The translations under genes and the position numbers were made by a program. A DNA stretch of 64,000 nucleotides from Clostridia bacterium (GTDB taxonomy: Bacteria; Bacillota; Clostridia; JAAYHZ01), in the NCBI GenBank assembly GCA_050950825.1, contig JBMNIH010000009.1, positions 192,001 to 256,000 on the forward strand, written 5' to 3'. Positions 61,457 through 64,000 of the stretch are shown piece after piece. Below the pieces are notes generated by a model. The model saw only the letters and a list, made by a program, of their open reading frames with translations, did not search any database and was not told where the DNA came from. Numbering within the stretch: position 1 is the stretch's first letter; every line of letters begins with the position of its first letter.

Positions 61457-62279
61457 GTATCTTGAGGTGTAGACCAAAGTATTCCGTAATATTCATCTTC
61501 GGTATCCGTTACTTTTCTTAAATTCCATGCAAACGGGTTCTTCATCCAAGTATCGGGCTAAAGTCGGGATGTATTTGTAGAGCATATCCCTTTTCACGGT
61601 ACGAATCAATTTGGAATCATATAAAAAGCCCGTATCCCAATACTGCAGTTGGGCAAAATTGGGAAAGTCTCCCGCAGCAAGCATCATGACGATTTGTTCG
61701 GTGTTGTGATTGTCAATGTTCCACACCTTCAAATCCACATTAAACTTTTCTTCCAACTCCAATTCATCCCATCGGCCTTCTACGTAGTGCAAACAGTTCG
61801 CAGTAAGCCAAGAGATTTCGAATCTTTCGGCAAAGGGATTCTCTATTTCCGTAGTTGTCGCTTCCGCCTTGGTTGTCGTCGTTGCTTGGGTCGTTGTCGT
61901 TTTTTGTTCCGTAGCCGAAGATGGTCGAAGCGGTACTTGTTGTGGTCTCCTCCGAAGAAATTTCTTCCCCGGAACAGCCGATTAGGGTACCTAATAAAAG
62001 TACAACCAACAATACACAGGTTATACGCCTAAAACGTATCATTTATAAACCCCCTTTGCAATAAAATTTCGTATAACGAAAATTCTTTTAATTTTATTGT
62101 ATAATATTTTTATGGAAAATAATAAGTAAAATTAAATTTTTATAAATTAATTGACAACTTTTAATATATCAATTAATGAAAATTTATATTATTTCTTGGT
62201 TATTTGTATTCAATTATATATACTCTGTTGCCTTTTAGAAAAAAATTCGTTAATGCGCAAAAATTTTAAGCATAAAAAG

Positions 62280-62308
62280 AGAGTGCAGCAATATATCATC
62301 TGCACTCT
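62280..62308 (-). terminator. Terminator after clpB
   Basis: AGAGTGCAG...CTGCACTCT flanked by A/T runs. Confidence 0.75.
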
Positions 62309-62328
62309 TTTATAATAGTGTTTGAAGT

Positions 62329-64000
62329 TTACTTGATAACAAATTTCAATTGATCTTGATCGGCGTCCACATTTACCGTCATGTTATCCAAAATGTAACC
62401 GCTGACCATTTGGTAAGCCAATTTGTTTTCAATGTTCTGCTGCAAGTATCTCTTCACCGGTCGGGCTCCGTATACCGGGTCGTATGCATGATCGGCAATA
62501 TAGTCTTTGGCTGCCTCCGACAGGATGATCTTAATGCCTCGGTCCGCTATCCTCTTGTTAATGTCTTCTACAGACAGATCGATTATCTTCTTGATCTGTT
62601 CTCTTGTTAAAGGAGCAAACAGAACGGTTTCATCAATTCTGTTTAAAAACTCCGGCTTGAAGGTCGCCTTTAGCATGGTCATAACATTGTCTCGGGCATC
62701 CCAAGTAATCATTCCGTGATCCGTTATGCCTTCCAACAAGAATTCGCTACCTATATTGGACGTCATAATGACAACGGTGTTTTTAAAATCCACCGTACGT
62801 CCTTGGTTGTCGGTTAAACGCCCGTCGTCCAGCAATTGCAGCAAAATGTTAAATACATCGGGATGAGCTTTTTCGATTTCATCCAATAGAATAACGCTGT
62901 AGGGCTTTCTTCTTACCGCTTCGGTTAATTGCCCTCCTTCGTCATATCCTACGTATCCCGGAGGGGCACCGATTAATCGGGACACGGAATGCTTTTCCAT
63001 GTATTCGCTCATGTCGATGCGAATCATGTTCTGCTCCGTATCGAAAAGACTTTCGGCAAGGGCTTTCGCCAATTCGGTTTTTCCTACCCCGGTAGGACCT
63101 AAAAAGATGAACGAACCGATGGGTTTTCGAGGATCTTTTAATCCCGCTCTGGCCCGTATCACCGCATCGGCGACAGCTTTTACCGCTTCATCCTGCCCTA
63201 CCACTCTTCGGTGCAGAATTTCCTCTAAATGCATCAATTTGTCTCGTTCCGCTTCCATAAGCTTCGCTACCGGTATCCCTGTCCAATGGGAAACAATTTC
63301 CGCGATTTCCTCTTCGGTTACCTCTTCCTTTAGTAAGCGGTTTTCTTGCAAATTCTTCATTTGCTCATATTCCCGTTCCTTCTGCGGAAGGATTCCGTAT
63401 TTCAATTTGGCCGCCAATCCCAAATCGTATCCTCTTTCGGCTTCTTCGATTTCCTTGCGAATATTTTCGATTTCCTCTTTCAGTCGTTTCTGTTCGCCGA
63501 TCTTTTTCTTTTCTTCTTCCCACTGAAGCGTAAGGCGGTCATTTTCGGCTTTCAGTTCCGCGATTTCTTCCACAAGCGCTTCGTAACGTTTTTTCGATTG
63601 CAAGTCCGTTTCTTTCTTTAATGCTTCTCGTTCAATTTCCAACTGCAGAATCTTACGGTTGATTTGGTCCAGCTCCGTAGGCATACTGTCCACTTCCGTT
63701 CTCAGCTTCGCCGCCGCTTCATCCATCAAATCAATGGCCTTATCCGGCAAGAATCGATCGCTGATATATTTATCCGACAACGTCGCGCATGCAATGATGG
63801 CATTGTCGGTGATACGGACCCCGTGATGGATCTCGTATTTTTCTTTCAAGCCTCTTAATATGGAAATGGTGTCCTCCACATTGGGAGCTTCCACCAAAAC
63901 CTGCTGGAATCTTCTTTCCAATGCGGCGTCTTTCTCAATGTATTTTCTGTATTCCGATAAGGTGGTGGCACCGATGCAATGCAGCTCGCCTCGGGACAAA
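62329..64000 (-). CDS. clpB: ATP-dependent chaperone ClpB (3' part, truncated by window edge)
   Basis: [37 protein letters not shown], long coiled-coil middle domain, [30 protein letters not shown]. Confidence 0.97.
   Translation of the reverse strand, partial: LSRGELHCIGATTLSEYRKYIEKDAALERRFQQVLVEAPNVEDTISILRGLKEKYEIHHGVRITDNAIIACATLSDKYISDRFLPDKAIDLMDEAAAKLRTEVDSMPTELDQINRKILQLEIEREALKKETDLQSKKRYEALVEEIAELKAENDRLTLQWEEEKKKIGEQKRLKEEIENIRKEIEEAERGYDLGLAAKLKYGILPQKEREYEQMKNLQENRLLKEEVTEEEIAEIVSHWTGIPVAKLMEAERDKLMHLEEILHRRVVGQDEAVKAVADAVIRARAGLKDPRKPIGSFIFLGPTGVGKTELAKALAESLFDTEQNMIRIDMSEYMEKHSVSRLIGAPPGYVGYDEGGQLTEAVRRKPYSVILLDEIEKAHPDVFNILLQLLDDGRLTDNQGRTVDFKNTVVIMTSNIGSEFLLEGITDHGMITWDARDNVMTMLKATFKPEFLNRIDETVLFAPLTREQIKKIIDLSVEDINKRIADRGIKIILSEAAKDYIADHAYDPVYGARPVKRYLQQNIENKLAYQMVSGYILDNMTVNVDADQDQLKFVIK

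Larger units (their letters stand above)
58856..62042 (-). pseudogene. Solute-binding lipoprotein paralog 3, interrupted by IS3 and several frameshifts
   Basis: Fragments LIGC lipobox, GRWDELELEEKFNV, LDWLENLG, DPDGNGEDDTYG, GIEGIHYTWEGEP, EWSQYIDALYAAG. The reading frame is restored across the IS (PQDTFPWTYTMFRLDW). Confidence 0.88.

Noticed and set aside
62999-63526. 175-aa + strand ORF
   Set aside because: Antisense shadow of clpB; such ORFs are common opposite conserved chaperone genes.

Overview
64-kb chromosomal window from a spore-forming Firmicute (Clostridia-like). The left part (1-23 kb) holds sporulation and DNA-metabolism genes: the 3' end of sigG, ylmC-like, GH18/LysM, nrdR, dprA-topA-recG-PRT-radC, comEC, rpsT, holA, gpr and ligA. 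It is interrupted by an apparently intact IS110 element and a decayed glycoside-hydrolase fragment. The rest is largely carbohydrate/solute catabolism (AraC and LacI regulators, amidohydrolase, Gfo/Idh/MocA, RACo-like ASKHA protein, GH2, Kelch and PQQ propellers, URO-D-like, M14 peptidase), mixed with gltX, a XerC/D recombinase, an atypical MetRS, tRNA-Leu(CAA), an IS3 element and the 3' part of clpB. The most notable items are: (i) a ~500-bp 3' non-coding end of the IS110 element that folds into a closed structure with two near-identical hairpin modules (candidate bridge/seek RNA of unusual layout); (ii) two unannotated paralogous Cys-rich hydrophobic micropeptides; (iii) an SOS-box promoter driving an uncharacterised small gene upstream of dprA; (iv) three paralogous orphan solute-binding lipoproteins; (v) an ECF-promoter/anti-RBS hairpin arrangement. 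All calls come from reading the sequence by eye; no searches or folding programs were run.
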